Shown here in pieces: positions 60,487 to 64,000 of a DNA stretch of 64,000 bases. Under the pieces are notes generated by a model. That model ran no database searches, was not told the DNA's origin, and saw nothing but the letters and a program-made list of their open reading frames with translations. Source of the DNA: an uncultured Candidatus Rokubacteria bacterium. GTDB taxonomy: Bacteria; Methylomirabilota; Methylomirabilia; Rokubacteriales; DASRDR01. A program made the translations under genes and the position numbers. The stretch lies in contig CAWDVE010000010.1 in the NCBI GenBank assembly GCA_963805625.1, positions 544,001-608,000 on the forward strand, given 5' to 3'. How positions within the stretch are numbered: the stretch's first letter is position 1; every line of letters starts with the position of its first letter.

Positions 60487-60560
60487 TGGTCCGACCTCTC
60501 AGCCAAAACCTACGGGAGAACACCACACCTGTCAACAGGCTTGGAACCGTGTTGGAACCG
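60487..60560 (-). promoter_or_regulatory. oor operon promoter with FadR-type operator and upstream direct repeats
   Basis: TTGACA (60530-60535)-17 nt-TAGGTT (60507-60512); TGGTCCGACCT at 60487-60497; TTGGAACCG at 60541 and 60552. Confidence 0.6.
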
Positions 60561-60633
60561 AGTCTCGCCGCCGCTCCGCGCTCGAGGTCCAGACGCCCCA
60601 AGGGAGCGGCAGGGGCCCGTGACGCCGGTCCGT

Positions 60634-61035
60634 CTAGCCCATGCCGCTGGCACGCACCGGCGCGATCTTGTAGATCACGCGGACCTCGCCGTGACGCCGG
60701 TGCGGGTACCGATCCTGGTCCAGGTACTTCTTGGCCAGGCTGTCGATGTGCGCGTCCCCTCCCTGCTCGGTGATCTCGACGACGTGGCCGAGCACCCCGA
60801 GATAGCGGTAGGGATTCCCGGGGTCGACGATCGACAGGGCCACGGCGGCGTTCCGCCGCATGTTGCGGTCCTTCACCCGCCCCTTGGCCGAGTTCACGCG
60901 AAAGAACTTCCCGTCGTAATCGAACCAGACCGGGGTGACCTGGGGCGCCCCGCTCGACATCACCGTCCCGAGATGAGCCAGCGCCTTGCTGTCGCCGCCC
61001 AGCAAGTCGCCGTACTTCTTCAGGTCCCCGCTCAT
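60634..61035 (-). CDS. PPOX-class (pyridoxamine 5'-phosphate oxidase-like) putative F420-dependent oxidoreductase
   Basis: AHLGT...GAPQVTPVWF...KDRNMRRN..VALSI.D..NPYRY...HIDSLAKKY. Confidence 0.82.
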   Translation of the reverse strand: MSGDLKKYGDLLGGDSKALAHLGTVMSSGAPQVTPVWFDYDGKFFRVNSAKGRVKDRNMRRNAAVALSIVDPGNPYRYLGVLGHVVEITEQGGDAHIDSLAKKYLDQDRYPHRRHGEVRVIYKIAPVRASGMG

Positions 61036-61071
61036 GTCACGCTCCTTTCACCGCAGGCAGGTCATCGACGC

Positions 61072-62286
61072 TCAGGTCCCGGCCGCCCGCAGCGCCAAGT
61101 CCAGCGCTTCTTTGAGATCCTCGACGTCCTCGATCCCGACCGACAGCCGCACGAGACCCGGACCGATGCCGAGCTTGGACCGCTCGTCGTCGGAGAGCGG
61201 CCGGTGCGACGTCCGCGCCGGGTAGGTCCACGTCGTCGTGACGTCGCCGAAGCTCGGCGCAAAGGCGATCAGCGCCTCGCGCCCGGCGGCCGACCCTTCG
61301 GCCAGCCCGCCGAAGAGCCGATCGACCGCAGCGGCGCCCCCGACGAGATCGAAGGACAGCATGCCACCAAAGCCATCCGGAAGCAGCGTTCGCGCGAGCG
61401 CGTGCTGCGGATGGTCCGGCAACCCCGGATAGTGAACGCGCGCCACCTCGGTCCGCTTTCGGAGAAAACGTGCCAGCTCGAGGGCGTTGGCGGAGTGGCG
61501 CTCCATCCTCAGGGCGAGCGTTCGCACGCCGCGCAGCGTGAGCCACGCGTCGAAAGCCCCGAGGTTGAGCCCGATTCGCACGGCCTGGGACCGCGCTGCG
61601 TCCACGAGCGAGCGGGAGGCGACAAGGATGCCGGCGGTGACGTCACCGTGACCCGAGAGGTACTTGGTCGCACTGTGGTGCACAGCTGTGGCTCCGTGCT
61701 CCAGGGGCCGGAGGAGAGCGGGAGATGCGAAGGTGCTGTCCACCAGGAAGGCGATGCCCCGCCGCCGCGCGATCGACGCCAGGCCCGGAAGGTCGGCCAG
61801 CCGCAGCAGCGGGTTCGAGACCGCCTCGACGAAGATCGCCCGCGTCGCGTCCGTGAGAGCCGCCTCCACGGAGGCCGGCTCCGCTGCGTCCGCGAAGCTC
61901 ACGCCGATCCCCCAGCGCGCGGCCTGCTCCCGGAGGAGCGCGGTCGTCGCGCCGTAGAGATCTTGTCCCACCACGAGGTGCTCGCCTGCCCGGAGCCCGC
62001 CCAGCAGGAACGCGCTCAGCGCGGCCATCCCCGAGGCGACGACGAGCCCGGCTTCGCCACCCTCGAGAGCCGCCAGCGTGTCCTCGAGGATGGTGTGGTT
62101 CGGCGTCCCGAACCGCCCATAGACGTACCCTGCCTCGCGCCCCTCCCAGACGGCGTCGACCTGCGCGAGGTCCTCGAAGACGTACACGTTCGCCAGGTGG
62201 ATCCCGGGAACGAGCGGTCTCGACGCTGATTCCGGGGCTGGCGTCGCCCGAGCGGTCCTTGTCGCGAAGCGCAGCCGGGCCCTCAT
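61072..62286 (-). CDS. Cys/Met metabolism PLP enzyme (cystathionine gamma-synthase/lyase family)
   Basis: YGRFGTPN, ASGMAA, VDSTFASP, HSATKYLSGHGD, LRGVRTL, VRLSVGIE. Confidence 0.88.
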   Translation of the reverse strand: MRARLRFATRTARATPAPESASRPLVPGIHLANVYVFEDLAQVDAVWEGREAGYVYGRFGTPNHTILEDTLAALEGGEAGLVVASGMAALSAFLLGGLRAGEHLVVGQDLYGATTALLREQAARWGIGVSFADAAEPASVEAALTDATRAIFVEAVSNPLLRLADLPGLASIARRRGIAFLVDSTFASPALLRPLEHGATAVHHSATKYLSGHGDVTAGILVASRSLVDAARSQAVRIGLNLGAFDAWLTLRGVRTLALRMERHSANALELARFLRKRTEVARVHYPGLPDHPQHALARTLLPDGFGGMLSFDLVGGAAAVDRLFGGLAEGSAAGREALIAFAPSFGDVTTTWTYPARTSHRPLSDDERSKLGIGPGLVRLSVGIEDVEDLKEALDLALRAAGT

Positions 62287-62582
62287 GGACGGATGCCGAC
62301 GCTGTCGAGGCGTCCATCCACGAGGCGCCGATACAGAACAAGTAGTTTTCGCCGGGACAGTCTATACTTGGCGCGCATCATTGGAGACTCCCTCTCATCG
62401 CTCAGCGCCGATCGCGCGACGCGCACGTTGTCTCGCTCCGCTGTCACCGGCCCGATGAAAAACTTGGGCCCCCCCAGACACTAGCGTAGAGTAAGCCCGC
62501 TTCCGGGAACTTGCCCTCCGCTGGGGGCAGTGTTCACCGACGCGAGCGGTTCCCCGACTGACGAATCCGAGGCCCTGGCTCG

Positions 62583-63281
62583 ATGAGCATGATCGACGCG
62601 ATTCTCTTCGACATGGACGGCGTCCTCATGGACTCCGAGCCACTCCACCTCCGGGCGACCCAGTTCGCCCTCGGAGAGCAAGCCCGGTACACGGAGCGCG
62701 ACAACCAGTCGTTCTTCGGCGCAACCGATCCGGAGATGTTCCGGATCCTCCGGATCCTCTTCAACATCGACGCGTCAACTGATGAGCTGGTGCGCCGCAA
62801 GCACGAGCACCTGGTGTGCCTGATCCGGACCGAGGGCCGCGGGCTTCCCGGGGTGCCGGAGATCCCCCTCCGGTTCCGCGAAGCGGGACTCCGCCTCGGG
62901 CTGGTGTCCGCTTCGGCGCGGGCCGTGATCGACGCCATCCTCAAGGCCGTCGGGCTGAGCGGAGCGTTCGAGACGGTGGTCTCGGGCGACGAGGTGGCCC
63001 GCGGCAAGCCGGCTCCCGACGGGTACCTCATGGCCGCTCGCCGCCTCGCCATCGAGCCGGAGCGCTGCTTCGTCGTCGAGGACACCCGCAACGGAGTCCT
63101 CGCGGCCAAGGCGGCAGGGATGACCGTCGCCGCGGTGCCCGGGCCGGCGACGATCCACGAGGATTTCTCCCCTGCCGATCTCGTCCTCCCGAGCCTCGAG
63201 GCGCTCCCGAAGGTGCTGAACGGGAACGGAAACGGTCACGAACCACGAGGCATCACCCCGACACGGGAGCGATACGCATGA
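62583..63281 (+). CDS. HAD-superfamily phosphatase (beta-PGM-like)
   Basis: FDMDGVLMDSE, GKPAPD, VVED, AAKAAG. Confidence 0.9.
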   Translation: MSMIDAILFDMDGVLMDSEPLHLRATQFALGEQARYTERDNQSFFGATDPEMFRILRILFNIDASTDELVRRKHEHLVCLIRTEGRGLPGVPEIPLRFREAGLRLGLVSASARAVIDAILKAVGLSGAFETVVSGDEVARGKPAPDGYLMAARRLAIEPERCFVVEDTRNGVLAAKAAGMTVAAVPGPATIHEDFSPADLVLPSLEALPKVLNGNGNGHEPRGITPTRERYA

Positions 63282-63478
63282 GTCTCGGAGAGCCGAACGT
63301 CAAGCGCGCCCTGGACTGGATCCTCGATCGCCTCACCGACGACCCACACGCCAAGCGAAGCGAGCTGATCGACGAGGCTTCCCGTCAGTTCGACCTCACG
63401 CCCCTCGAGGCGGACTTCCTGTACCGGCAGCTCAGCGAGACGCTGAAGCACAAGCCGTCGGCCCAGCCGCCTTCCTAG
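63278..63478 (+). CDS. Small hypothetical protein
   Basis: ATGA overlap with HAD stop; MSLGEPNVKRALDWI...LIDEASRQFDLTPLEADFL. Confidence 0.7.
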   Translation: MSLGEPNVKRALDWILDRLTDDPHAKRSELIDEASRQFDLTPLEADFLYRQLSETLKHKPSAQPPS

Positions 63479-63543
63479 CCGGACGCACTGCGGGTCGGAC
63501 CTCCCGGGAGCGGCCCGGGCCCTCACCGAGAGCTTCCTTCCCC

Positions 63544-63741
63544 CTACGAGCCCCGGTAGCGCTCCTTGAGCTCCCGCGGCGCGATGGCGATTCGCTTTCC
63601 CGAGACGTCGTCCAGGACGTAGACCTCGTCGGTCAGCGCGCCGCTCCCGAAGACCTCGAAGACGTCCAGGACCACCTCCAGCGTCGTCCCGTCGGGCTTA
63701 CCTGCCATCATCGCCTCTACCTCGGCGACCGCGAGTCGCAT
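63544..63741 (-). CDS. Small hypothetical protein
   Basis: GAGGAGG RBS; 65 aa with normal composition. Confidence 0.65.
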   Translation of the reverse strand: MRLAVAEVEAMMAGKPDGTTLEVVLDVFEVFGSGALTDEVYVLDDVSGKRIAIAPRELKERYRGS

Positions 63742-63756
63742 CCGGCCAGCCTCCTC

Positions 63757-64000
63757 TCATCCACCCTCGGCCCCGGTCGGGCGCGAGCGGCGCACCAGGA
63801 CGAGCGCGAGCGCAGCCAGCCCGGTAGCCACCACAACGGTAGCCGGGTTCGGCCGGTAGAGGTACCCCTGCATCCACGCGAAGGCCGGGTTCCGCAGGAG
63901 AAGGGTCCTCGGCACGAGCTCGAGCCGAAGCGGCCCGGTCTCCTCGCCGGCCGGCTCCCAGCTCTCGCCGTCCGGATCGGGCGTGATCGATCCGGGTTGG
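63757..64000 (-). CDS. 3' end of an unknown protein with a C-terminal membrane anchor (partial)
   Basis: ...PNPATVVVATGLAALALVLVRRSRPTGAEGG*. Confidence 0.5.
   Translation of the reverse strand, partial: QPGSITPDPDGESWEPAGEETGPLRLELVPRTLLLRNPAFAWMQGYLYRPNPATVVVATGLAALALVLVRRSRPTGAEGG

Noticed and set aside
60634-61035. PPOX gene as proof of F420 metabolism
   Set aside because: The family also includes FMN- and heme-binding members, and no F420 biosynthesis genes are in the window.
62390-62470. Possible SAM-I riboswitch near the Cys/Met PLP gene (CTCATC...GGCCCGATGAAA)
   Set aside because: Lacks the GAGGGA and GCAAC core elements, and the similarity is on the strand opposite to that gene.

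Overview
Very GC-rich bacterial chromosomal segment with genes almost all on the minus strand. Gene content and style would fit Ca. Rokubacteria/Methylomirabilota, but that is inference only. Housekeeping blocks: argG-argF-argD; argB-hslU-hslV-xerC-topA-dprA; cpoB; a polar amino-acid ABC transporter; hemB-hemD-hemC-ttcA; truA-asd-leuB-pssA-psd-ilvC-ilvN-ilvB. Accessory blocks: (i) a sulfur/energy region with yeeE, a soxY/cytochrome c deletion scar, moeA, an alternative complex III operon (actABCDEF, whose ActB keeps an N-terminal 4-Cys Fe-S motif) and cymR-cysK-cysO(GG-A)-mec; (ii) a Zn dehydrogenase, a stand-alone Lrp/AsnC ligand domain and Dpp-type ABC genes; (iii) a ~9.3 kb catabolic module with an oxalate-oxidoreductase-like (YPIRP) three-subunit 2-oxoacid:ferredoxin oxidoreductase carrying an altered switch loop, tctCBA, a Cmk-like/BON protein, TerC and a FadR regulator with a matching operator. 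Block (iii) is the best candidate for an uncharacterised system. Also present: a truncated neprosin-type glutamic peptidase, a candidate Arg-rich leader peptide before argD, a truA without a canonical start codon and several pseudogenes. No rRNA, tRNA, CRISPR array or IS element was recognised. Family calls come from remembered motifs; no database searches were run.
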